A stretch of DNA of 64,000 bases from an uncultured Gemmatimonas sp. Its GTDB lineage: Bacteria > Gemmatimonadota > Gemmatimonadetes > Gemmatimonadales > Gemmatimonadaceae. This document shows positions 28,553 through 37,011 of this stretch, piece by piece. Positions within the stretch are counted from its first letter, which is position 1, and each line of letters begins with the position of its first letter. The stretch lies in the NCBI GenBank assembly GCA_964650715.1, contig CAZYUL010000001.1:37938-101937 (forward strand), given 5' to 3'. The position numbers and the translations under genes were made by a program. The notes below the pieces were generated by a model. The model worked only from the letters and a program-made list of their open reading frames with translations. It made no database searches and had not been told where the DNA came from.

Positions 28553-29467
28553 ATGGCCCTCGACACCCCACCGCCCCGAGTCGTCGCGACACCCGAGCCC
28601 GGGTGCGAGACCGTCTGTTTCCACACGAACGACGTGCTGCTCGGCGAGTTCCGCGCGGCGCCGGACTTCGCCGGCTTCCGCAGCGCGGGCCGGATCCGCA
28701 ACTACGTGGTCGCATTCCCGCGCAGCGCCGTGTGGATCCATCGCGAGGGGGAACGACCGTTCGTCTGCGACGCTTCGCTCGCGGTGCTGCATACGCCGGG
28801 GCACGCCTACGAGCGTGACGTCATCTCGCGCGAGGGCGACGAGACCGACTGGATCGCACTCTCCGAGCCGTTGGCGCGCGAGATCGTCGGGCGGTACTCG
28901 GCGCACGACGCCGAGTCATTGAGTGCGTTCCGCTTCGGGCGGGCGACGGTGCCGTCGCGGCTGTACGCCGAGCAGCGGCTGCTCTTCGCGCGGACGCGCC
29001 GGCCGGGCGTCGAGGCGCTGGAGATCGAGGAGCGGGCGATCGGCATCGTGACCGAGGCGCTGGGCGTGGGATACTCGAGCGATCCGGCGCGGATGGCCTC
29101 GGCGGCGGCCCGGACGGCCGGCGCCGGACGCTCGCGCGCGTCGCGCGACGTCGTCGAAGCGGCGAAGGCGCTGCTCGCGGCGACGCTCGAGCAGAATCTC
29201 AGCGTCAGGGAGATCGCGGCTCGGCTCGGGATGTCACCGTTCCATCTCTGCCGGACGTTCCGTGCGGCGACGGGACGCACGCTCCACGAGCACCGGCGCG
29301 ACCTGCGGCTGCGGGCGGCGCTGGGACTGATCCCGGCGCGGCGCGGGGCGCTCTCGGCGCTCGCGCTGGACCTGGGCTTCCACAGTCACGCGCACCTGAC
29401 GAGTTCGTTCAAGCGGGCGTTCGGGATGGCGCCGAGTGTGGCGGTCGCGCGGTTCAGCGCGGCGTGA
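28553..29467 (+). CDS. AraC family transcriptional regulator
   Basis: LSVREIA...SPFHLCRTF and LGFHSHAHLTSSFKRAFG HTH motifs. Confidence 0.9.
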   Translation: MALDTPPPRVVATPEPGCETVCFHTNDVLLGEFRAAPDFAGFRSAGRIRNYVVAFPRSAVWIHREGERPFVCDASLAVLHTPGHAYERDVISREGDETDWIALSEPLAREIVGRYSAHDAESLSAFRFGRATVPSRLYAEQRLLFARTRRPGVEALEIEERAIGIVTEALGVGYSSDPARMASAAARTAGAGRSRASRDVVEAAKALLAATLEQNLSVREIAARLGMSPFHLCRTFRAATGRTLHEHRRDLRLRAALGLIPARRGALSALALDLGFHSHAHLTSSFKRAFGMAPSVAVARFSAA

Positions 29468-29471
29468 CCGA

Positions 29472-29795
29472 TCACCGGTAGTCCTCGCGTACCGGCGCGA
29501 ACACATCCACCACGCGCACCTTCGTCAGCGTCCGCCCGCCGTGGGTCACGCCCCCGGGGATCAGCGCCGCCATCCCCGGCTCGAGCGTCGTCCGCTCCTC
29601 GCCGACGAAGAACTCGAACCGCCCCTCGACGACGTAGGTGATCTGCTCGTGCGGGTGTGCGTGCGCCGGCACAACGGCGCCGGCGTCGAGCTCGACGATC
29701 CCGAGCGTCATGCGCTCGGTGTGGCCGTAGCGGCCGCGGATCGTGCCGCCGAAGAGTGGGCGGACGGCGAGGTCAGGATAGGAGATGAAAGGCAT
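29472..29795 (-). CDS. cupin domain protein
   Basis: HAHPHEQ...IPGGVTH...DVFAPVREDY. Confidence 0.9.
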   Translation of the reverse strand: MPFISYPDLAVRPLFGGTIRGRYGHTERMTLGIVELDAGAVVPAHAHPHEQITYVVEGRFEFFVGEERTTLEPGMAALIPGGVTHGGRTLTKVRVVDVFAPVREDYR

Positions 29796-29842
29796 GCCCG
29801 AAGGTCGCGTCACGCGGCCCGCTGGCGCTAGGACGGTCCTGC

Positions 29843-30949
29843 TCAGTCCTGACCGCCCCGCACCTCGCGCTCCACCGCCGCCCGCAGGATGCTCATGAAG
29901 TCCTGCGCGTTCGTCACCACACCCACCGCCTGGTGCGTCCCGCGGTCCTTCAGCTTGCTCACGAGGAACTCGCTCGCGTCCACGCAGATCGTCGGCAGCT
30001 CGACGATCCCCCGCTGGGGATCCTCGTAGTACGCCGGGAGCATGTTCCCGACGGCGATGGAGTGCAGCGCGGTCGCGATCATGACCGCCATCGTCGCGCG
30101 CTTCGTGTGCTCGCGGGTCGCCTCCTGCGCCGCCACCGCGTCGGTCAGCACGTCGGGGAGCGGGCCGTCGTCGCGGATGGAGCCGCCGAGGACGAAGGGC
30201 ACCTCCTCCACCACGCAGGCGTGCATGATCCCCTCCGAGATGATCCCCGCCTTCACCGCGGCGGCGATCGAGCCGGCGCGCCGCACGGCGTTGATCGCGC
30301 GCATGTGCGCAGCGTGGCCACCCGCTGTCGGATCCCCCTCATGGGTCATGCCGAGGGTCGTCCCCACGATCGCCGCCTCGATGTCGTGGACGGCGACGGC
30401 ATTGCCGGCGAGCAGCGCCTGCACGAAGCCGTTCCGGATGAACCAGACGAGGTTGTCGCGCGCCCGCGAGTGCACGACCGCCGGCCCCGTGACCCACGCC
30501 ACGTAGCCGCCGCGCCGCTTCTCGTCCACCAGCATCCGGGCGATCAGCGGGTAGTCGATCGGCTTCTCGCGGGAGACCTGGCTCGACATGAAGTGGAACT
30601 CGCCGTGCGCTCCCCCCTCCTCGACGAATCCACGCGCGTGCACGAGGACGCCCTCGCTCCCATCCTCGGCGAGGCCGACGACGACGGGATCCCCCTTCCG
30701 CACGCGACGCCCCTCGCGCACCCACCAGGCGCCAGCCGCGTCGCGCACGAGCACGCCGTCCATCCGCGGCTCGCGCGGCATCGTCCATCGGCCGTCGTCG
30801 CCCTTCACGTAGGTGGGGAGGTTCGTCGTCGCGAAGAACCCATCGGGCAGCACTCCGTCCCGCTCGGCGGGGACCGTGCGCGCGGGAGGCGCCTGCGCGA
30901 GGTCAGCGCGGGTGAAGTCGGGCGGCACGTAGCGTGTCGTGTTCGTCAT
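29843..30949 (-). CDS. LOR/SDH (TIGR00300-like) protein, putative ornithine cyclodeaminase
   Basis: DGVLPDGFFATTN, MDG, FHFMSSQVSREK, GPAVVH, LLAGNAVAVHDIE, GSIRDDGPLP, LHSIAVGN, KLKDRGT. Confidence 0.82.
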   Translation of the reverse strand: MTNTTRYVPPDFTRADLAQAPPARTVPAERDGVLPDGFFATTNLPTYVKGDDGRWTMPREPRMDGVLVRDAAGAWWVREGRRVRKGDPVVVGLAEDGSEGVLVHARGFVEEGGAHGEFHFMSSQVSREKPIDYPLIARMLVDEKRRGGYVAWVTGPAVVHSRARDNLVWFIRNGFVQALLAGNAVAVHDIEAAIVGTTLGMTHEGDPTAGGHAAHMRAINAVRRAGSIAAAVKAGIISEGIMHACVVEEVPFVLGGSIRDDGPLPDVLTDAVAAQEATREHTKRATMAVMIATALHSIAVGNMLPAYYEDPQRGIVELPTICVDASEFLVSKLKDRGTHQAVGVVTNAQDFMSILRAAVEREVRGGQD

Positions 30950-30977
30950 CGTCGTCCGGGGGTGGGCGCCGCGCGCC

Positions 30978-31889
30978 CTAGAGGATCCGCTTGCCGAGGG
31001 CACTCAGGATGAGTTCGCACGCGATCTCGGCCGTCCGGTTCCGCTCGTCGAGCACCGGGTTGACCTCCACCACGTCGAGCCCGACGAGCTTGCCGGTGTC
31101 GGCGAGCATCTCCATCGCGAGGTGCGCCTCCCGGTAGGTCATGCCGCCCGGCACCGCGGTGCCGACGCCCGGCGCCTCGGCCGGGTCGATCACGTCCATG
31201 TCGAACGAGACCCAGAGGCCGGCGGTGTCCCGGGTGGCGATGGCGATCGCCTCCTCCATCACCGCGCGCACGCCGCGCTCGTCGAGCGCGCGCATCGTGA
31301 AGGCCGAGAGCCCCCACTTCCTGATGTGGACGCGCTCCGGCTGGTCGAGGTCGCGCGTGCCGACGAGCGCGACGTCGCTCCCCTTGAGCGCCGGCGCCGC
31401 CCCGGCGATGGCCGCCATCGCCCTGTCGCCGTTGCCGAGGAGGGCCGCGAGCGGCATCCCGTGCACGTTGCCGGAGCGCGACGTCCCCGGCGTGTTGAGG
31501 TCGCCATGTGCGTCCACCCACACGGCGCCGATGCGCTGTCCCTTGGCGGCGAAGAATCCGGCGGCCCCCGCGATGGACCCCGCCGCGAGCGCGTGGTCGC
31601 CACCGAGCACCACCGGGAGCTGGCCCCCGTCGAGTGCCGCGCGGGTCCGGGCCGCCACGTCCGCGCAGACGTCGGTGATGGCGCCGAGATAGCGCGCGCC
31701 GCGTTGCGCGCCGCGCGCGGCGTCCTCACGGAAGGGGACGTGCACGTTGCCGACGTCCTCCACGACATGCCCGAGCTTCTCGAGCCGGACACGGAGGTCG
31801 GTGTAGCGGACGGCGGACGGTCCCATGTCCACGCCGCGCCGCGACGCGCCGAGGTCCATCGGGACGCCGATGATGCGCACGGAAGTCAT
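30978..31889 (-). CDS. rocF: arginase
   Basis: GVDMGP, LGGDH, WVDAHGDLN, SGNVHGMP, SFDMDVIDP, PGVGT, VEVNP. Confidence 0.93.
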   Translation of the reverse strand: MTSVRIIGVPMDLGASRRGVDMGPSAVRYTDLRVRLEKLGHVVEDVGNVHVPFREDAARGAQRGARYLGAITDVCADVAARTRAALDGGQLPVVLGGDHALAAGSIAGAAGFFAAKGQRIGAVWVDAHGDLNTPGTSRSGNVHGMPLAALLGNGDRAMAAIAGAAPALKGSDVALVGTRDLDQPERVHIRKWGLSAFTMRALDERGVRAVMEEAIAIATRDTAGLWVSFDMDVIDPAEAPGVGTAVPGGMTYREAHLAMEMLADTGKLVGLDVVEVNPVLDERNRTAEIACELILSALGKRIL

Positions 31890-31956
31890 GCGGGGAGCCT
31901 ACCTGGCGGCGACCCGACCGGAAGGGCCGCGCATGGCCATGCAGGGGATGCGACCG

Positions 31957-33633
31957 CTATGCACGCCCTCTCGCATAACTCACCATCAGTCCGCTCACCA
32001 CCACCATCACCGCGCCGATGACGTTGTGCCAGAGGAACGCGACGGCGGGATACTGCCAGTTGACCAGCCCGACGGTGGTCATCCCCGCGATGAGCCCGTA
32101 GAAGGCCCCCGCCGCGCCCGCTCGCGGGATCATCGCGAGCAGGAAGACGCCGAGGATGGACCCGTAGAAGAACGAGCCGAAGCGGTTCACGACCTCGATG
32201 AGCGACCCGAGGTTGGCGGCGAAGGTCGCGACCACCATCGCGAAGACGCCCCACAACGCGGTCGCCGTCTTGGAGACGGTGAGGTAGTGGGCGTCGCTCC
32301 CCTCGCGCCGGAACCAGCGGCGGTAGAAGTCCACGACGGTCGCGGTCGAGAGCGAGTTGAGTTCGGCGGCGATGCTGGACATCGCCGCCGCCAGCACCGC
32401 CGCGAGGAAGAGGCCGGCGAACCCGAGCGGGAGGTGGTCGAGCACGAAGCGCGGCATCACGTAGTTCACGTCGCGCGACGACTGGCCGGTGACGCGGGAC
32501 GCCTCGGCGAGGGCTTCCGCGCGCACGGCCTGCACCTGCTCCTCGGCGGTCCGGTAGAACGCGGCCTGCATCGCCTGGACGCCGGGGTCATCGTGAGCCT
32601 GGCGAGAGGCGATGAATGCGCGAGCGGCGGCCTCGCGCTGGGCCGCTGCCGCGTCGTGGCGCCGCGTGAGGTCGGCGTGGACCGACGGCGCCGCCGACCG
32701 GACCGCGCGGTCGTGCGCCGGGTTGTAGAGCATCGGCGCGCGCTCGAACGTGAAGAACAGGAAGACGAGCACGCCCACGAGCAGGATCAGTGCCTGCAGC
32801 GGGATCTTCCAGTACGCGCTCATGAGCAGGGAGCTGCGCGCCTCCTCCACCGAGCGCGCCGTGAGGTAGCGCTGGACCTGGCTCTGGTCGGTCCCGAAGT
32901 ACGAGAGCATCAGGAACGTGCCGCCGATGATCCCGGACCAGAACGTGTACTGGTTCTCGAGGCTGAACGAGAAGTCGAACGCGCGCATCCGCCCGGCGGC
33001 TCCCGCGAGCGCCAGCGCGTCGTCCACTGGCGCCGGCATCCGGAGCAGGAGCACGACGACGATCGCGACGAGCGCACCGACGATCACCACCATCTGCTTC
33101 ACGTCGGCCCAGGTGACCGCCTGCACCCCACCGAGGACCGTGTAGAGCACCGTCGGGGCGCCGATCAGGATGACGCTCCACGTCAGGTCCCAGCCGAAGA
33201 TCGCCGAGAGCACGACGGCGGGCGCCGAGATGATCACGCCGCACGACATCCCACGCGACAGCAGGAAGAGGAGGCTCGTGAGTGAGCGCGTCCGCGCGTC
33301 GAACCGGCGCTCGAGATACTCGTACGCGGTGTACACCTTGGCCCCGTGCAGGAACGGGACCAGGGTGACCCCGAGGATCACCATCGCGATCGGCAGGCCG
33401 AGGTAGAACTGGATGAAGCGGAGCCCATCGGTCGCGCCCTGCCCGGTCGTGCCGATCAGCGTGATCGCCGAGAGCTGCGTCGCCATCACCGAGAGGCCGA
33501 CGGCCCACCACGGCAGCGAGCGGTTCGCGAGGAAGTACCCCTCGATGTCCTTCGCCCCCCGCGACCGCTTGAGGCCGTCCCAGACGACGAACGAGAGGTA
33601 GGAGACGACGATGAACCAGTTGATCCAGTGCAC
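31957..33633 (-). CDS. sodium:solute symporter
   Basis: YFLANRSLPWWAVGLS, AYEYLERRF, GGVQAVTWAD, GTDQSQVQRYL, AAAMSS. Confidence 0.92.
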   Translation of the reverse strand: MHWINWFIVVSYLSFVVWDGLKRSRGAKDIEGYFLANRSLPWWAVGLSVMATQLSAITLIGTTGQGATDGLRFIQFYLGLPIAMVILGVTLVPFLHGAKVYTAYEYLERRFDARTRSLTSLLFLLSRGMSCGVIISAPAVVLSAIFGWDLTWSVILIGAPTVLYTVLGGVQAVTWADVKQMVVIVGALVAIVVVLLLRMPAPVDDALALAGAAGRMRAFDFSFSLENQYTFWSGIIGGTFLMLSYFGTDQSQVQRYLTARSVEEARSSLLMSAYWKIPLQALILLVGVLVFLFFTFERAPMLYNPAHDRAVRSAAPSVHADLTRRHDAAAAQREAAARAFIASRQAHDDPGVQAMQAAFYRTAEEQVQAVRAEALAEASRVTGQSSRDVNYVMPRFVLDHLPLGFAGLFLAAVLAAAMSSIAAELNSLSTATVVDFYRRWFRREGSDAHYLTVSKTATALWGVFAMVVATFAANLGSLIEVVNRFGSFFYGSILGVFLLAMIPRAGAAGAFYGLIAGMTTVGLVNWQYPAVAFLWHNVIGAVMVVVSGLMVSYARGRA

Positions 33634-33636
33634 GCG

Positions 33637-33738
33637 TCAGCCCCCGTAGCGCCGCTGGAGGAGCCAGAGCAGGGCGAGCGAGATCGCCTGGACCGTCATC
33701 ACTCGGATCAGCGTCGTGCGGAAGGATGGTGTCGGCAC
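33637..33738 (-). CDS. 33-aa single-TM peptide upstream of the symporter
   Basis: MPTPSFRTTLIRVMTVQAISLALLWLLQRRYGG. Stop is 3 nt before the symporter start; CATCGT lies 7 nt before its GTG. Confidence 0.6.
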   Translation of the reverse strand: MPTPSFRTTLIRVMTVQAISLALLWLLQRRYGG

Positions 33739-33749
33739 GGGCGCGACGA

Positions 33750-33777
33750 TGGAAGGTGGAGGGTGGAAGCTGGACGG
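33750..33777 (+). repeat. degenerate 7-bp tandem repeat, 4 copies
   Basis: TGGAAGG TGGAGGG TGGAAGC TGGACGG in a divergent intergenic region. Confidence 0.6.
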
Positions 33778-33844
33778 GGGTACTGGCCGACGCAATCCGC
33801 GCCGCGAACCTCCCACTTGCCTCCCTCCGCTCCCATCTTGTGGG

Positions 33845-34336
33845 ATGCCCGCGATCATCATCGCCGTCGCCGCGCTCCTCACGCTGCCCCTCACCGCGGT
33901 GGGCCTGCCGGGCGCGTGGCTCCTCCTCTCGGGCGTCTCCATCTGGAAGTCGCTCGACCCCACGCTCCCCGTGGGCTGGGTCGCGATCGGCGTCGCCTTC
34001 CTCCTCGCCACCATCGCCGAGCTCATCGAGCTCGGCCTCGCCACGCGCTACACGGCGAAGTACGGCGGGTCGCGTCGCGCCGGCTGGGGCGCCCTCATCG
34101 GCGGCCTCGTCGGCGCGATCGTCGGCGTGCCGATCCCGGTCCTCGGCTCGATCATCGGCTCGTTCGCGGGGGCGTTCCTCGGCGCGCTCGTCGCGGAGTA
34201 CAGCATGCACCGACGGCACGACGCCGCCGGTCGCGTGGCGTGGGGGGCACTCGTCGGCCGCGTCCTCGCCACCGGGGCGAAGGTCGCGCTCGGCGTCGTG
34301 CTCTCCGTCGTGCTGGTGGTCGACGCGCTCCTCTGA
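33845..34336 (+). CDS. DUF456 family membrane protein
   Basis: GLPG, AKYGGSRRAGWGALIGGLVG, GSIIGSFAGAFLGA. Confidence 0.85.
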   Translation: MPAIIIAVAALLTLPLTAVGLPGAWLLLSGVSIWKSLDPTLPVGWVAIGVAFLLATIAELIELGLATRYTAKYGGSRRAGWGALIGGLVGAIVGVPIPVLGSIIGSFAGAFLGALVAEYSMHRRHDAAGRVAWGALVGRVLATGAKVALGVVLSVVLVVDALL

Positions 34337-34367
34337 GCGCTGCCCCGGCCAGGCGCCCGGCCGCGCC

Positions 34368-35825
34368 TCAGAGGTAGGGTGAGCCCAGGCGCGCGATCCC
34401 GTCGCGCACCTTGATGTGGAAGGGACGCGCATCCACCTCGGCGAGCGAGATCTCCCGCGCGGTCGCGATCTTCGCGTCCACCACCTCGTCGAGCTTCGCG
34501 CCGAGCGTCGGGTCGTACGACTCGACGTCGAGCTCGAAATTCAGCCGGAGGCTCCGCGGATCCCAGTTCGTCGAGCCGACCAGCGACCAGATCCCGTCCA
34601 CGACCGCGAGCTTCGTGTGGTCGAAGGGCAGCGGCGTGAGGAAGATCCGGCACCCCGGCCGGAGGAGCTGCCAGAGCTGCGCCGTCGAAGCCCACTGGAT
34701 CATCGGCACGTTCACCTTCGAGGGGAGCACGATCTGCACCCGCACGCCGCGCAGGGCCGCGACCGAGAGCGCCGCGATCGTCGCCTGGTCCGGCAGGAAG
34801 TACGGGGTCACGATCCGGATGGACTCCCGCGCCGTCGCGATCGCGCCCAACAGCACCGTGCGCGTCACCTCGAGGTCGCCATCCGGGCCGTCAGTGATGA
34901 CGCGCGCCGTCGTCGGGCCCGCGTGCGGCAACGACGGGAACCAGGCCGGCCCGTCGAGCACCTCGCGCGTGCTGAACATCCAGTCCTCGGCGAAGGACTC
35001 CATCACCTGGCCCACCACGGGTCCCTCGACGCGGAAATGCAGGTCGCGCACCGCGTTCCGGTCGCGGTTCGCGAGCACGCAGCGCTCCCAGATGTTCATC
35101 CCGCCGGTGAAGGCGACACGCCCGTCCACGACCATCGCCTTGCGGTGGTTCCGCAGGTTGAAGAAGGCGAGTCCGGCCTGCGTGATCGTCGGGAGGAAGA
35201 GTTCGGCCTTGGCGCCGACCTTGCGCAACGACCGATGGACCAGCGGGCGTGAGTACCGCACGCCGACGCCGTCCACCAGCACCCGGACCTCGACGCCGCG
35301 CGCGACCGCGCGACCCATCGCCTCCACGAAGGCGCGCCCGGAGCGGTCATCGGCGAAGATGTAGCTCACCAGCGCGACCGAGTGGCTCGCCTCCTCGATT
35401 GCCGCGACCATCGCCGGATACGCCTCGTCGCCGTTGTGCAGCATCTCCACCCGGTTGCCGGTGAGCAGCGGCCGTCCGGACATCTGCTCGCCGAGCCGGG
35501 CGAGCGTGGTGAGCCCCGAGGAGACGGCGCTGGCGGTTCCGGTGCGCGCGATGCTCGTGGCCGACGGGGTCGAGAGGGGGAGCCGGCGCCGCTCGCGATA
35601 GAGCAGGCTCGCCCGACGCTGGATCCGGTTGAGCCCGAACATCGCGTACAGGAAGGCGCCGAGCCCGGGGACGAACCAGATGAGCCCCACCCACCCGATC
35701 GCCGCCCGGACGTCACGCTTGCGGACGATGACGTGCAGGCTCGCCGTGAGGCTCGCGGCGATCGCGAGCACGCCGAGCGCGTACGGCCACCAACCGGGGA
35801 GGTCACCGACGAGGCGCTGCAGCAT
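34368..35825 (-). CDS. cls: cardiolipin synthase
   Basis: N-terminal TM pair (AAIGW...PGLG), two HKD motifs: RNHRKAMVVDG and DHTKLAVVDG. Confidence 0.9.
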   Translation of the reverse strand: MLQRLVGDLPGWWPYALGVLAIAASLTASLHVIVRKRDVRAAIGWVGLIWFVPGLGAFLYAMFGLNRIQRRASLLYRERRRLPLSTPSATSIARTGTASAVSSGLTTLARLGEQMSGRPLLTGNRVEMLHNGDEAYPAMVAAIEEASHSVALVSYIFADDRSGRAFVEAMGRAVARGVEVRVLVDGVGVRYSRPLVHRSLRKVGAKAELFLPTITQAGLAFFNLRNHRKAMVVDGRVAFTGGMNIWERCVLANRDRNAVRDLHFRVEGPVVGQVMESFAEDWMFSTREVLDGPAWFPSLPHAGPTTARVITDGPDGDLEVTRTVLLGAIATARESIRIVTPYFLPDQATIAALSVAALRGVRVQIVLPSKVNVPMIQWASTAQLWQLLRPGCRIFLTPLPFDHTKLAVVDGIWSLVGSTNWDPRSLRLNFELDVESYDPTLGAKLDEVVDAKIATAREISLAEVDARPFHIKVRDGIARLGSPYL

Positions 35826-35894
35826 CGCCTCCAAGTTACTATCTTCGCTCAGAGCAGTCGGGAAGGCACGGACCCCAGCCCAAGCGCCCTGCGT

Positions 35895-36377
35895 ATGCGT
35901 CGCTCCCTGATCCGCCGCTCTGCGTTCCTCGCCCTGCTGGCCGCCGGGCTCCTCGGCTGCGAGGGCGACGGCGGCACGGTCGTGATCCTCCCGCCGAACC
36001 TCTCCGCCGGTCGCTGGTACATGCACGAGGCCAACGCCGAGGCGATGCCCGCGCTCATCGCCGAGCGCACGATCGGACTGACCGCCGAGGAGACGCACAT
36101 CGACTCCGCGACCATCGACGTGACCGCCTCCGGCACGTGGGAGCAGCGCGTGCACCTGCGGATCATGCACTCCGGGGTCGAGGACCGGCAGGAGACGTTC
36201 TACGACGAGGGGACCTGGACTCGCGAGGCGGTCGGCTTCGCATTCGTCTCCGCCGTGCGCAGCCGCACCTTCTCCGCGACGATGCAGCCTGGGGGCGCGC
36301 TCCTGACGAGCGAGACCATACTCAGCTGGTCGGGCGCGCCGACCGTCACCGGTACCTATCGGAAGACGGTCCCCTGA
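35895..36377 (+). CDS. hypothetical lipoprotein (lipocalin-like beta protein)
   Basis: Basic N-terminus, lipobox LLGC, GRWY and DEGTW beta motifs. Confidence 0.65.
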   Translation: MRRSLIRRSAFLALLAAGLLGCEGDGGTVVILPPNLSAGRWYMHEANAEAMPALIAERTIGLTAEETHIDSATIDVTASGTWEQRVHLRIMHSGVEDRQETFYDEGTWTREAVGFAFVSAVRSRTFSATMQPGGALLTSETILSWSGAPTVTGTYRKTVP

Positions 36378-36533
36378 ACGGCTCGGCGCCCAGCGCCGCA
36401 CCGTTCGCTGACACCGGCTGAGCAACCCTCCGCGCCCACGGCGCGTACCGAGAAGGGGACTCCGCGCGCGTTGCGGGGTACCGCCCCGCGTGCGAAGTTG
36501 GTCCCCGATCCCCTCACTGGAGCCGAAGGCCCG

Positions 36534-37001
36534 ATGCGAGTCACCTTCTCGGTCAACGGCACGTCCCGCACCGTGGACGTCCCCGCTGACATGCCGCTGC
36601 TGTGGATCCTCCGCGACGTCCTCGACCTCAAGGGCACGAAGTACGGTTGCGGTGTCTCGCTCTGCGGTGCCTGCACCGTCCACGTGAACGGGAACGCACA
36701 GCGCTCCTGCCAGATCCCGGCGAGTGCGGTGCAGGGACGCCGCGTGACCACGATCGAGGGGCTCTCCCCGGATGGGAACCATCCGCTCCAGCGCGCGTGG
36801 CAGGAGCTCGACGTCCCGCAGTGCGGCTACTGTCAGGCGGGCCAGATCATGCAGGCCGCGGACCTCCTGGCGCGGAACCCGAAGCCCACGGACGCCGACA
36901 TCGACGCCGAGATGTACGGCAACCTCTGCCGGTGCACGACGTACCTGCGCATCCGCGAGGGGATCCATCGCGCAGCGGCACTCGCCGCGAACCAAGAGTA
37001 G
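36534..37001 (+). CDS. iorA: isoquinoline 1-oxidoreductase alpha-type (2Fe-2S)-binding subunit
   Basis: [29 protein letters not shown]. Confidence 0.92.
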   Translation: MRVTFSVNGTSRTVDVPADMPLLWILRDVLDLKGTKYGCGVSLCGACTVHVNGNAQRSCQIPASAVQGRRVTTIEGLSPDGNHPLQRAWQELDVPQCGYCQAGQIMQAADLLARNPKPTDADIDAEMYGNLCRCTTYLRIREGIHRAAALAANQE

Positions 37002-37011
37002 GGGGCCTACG

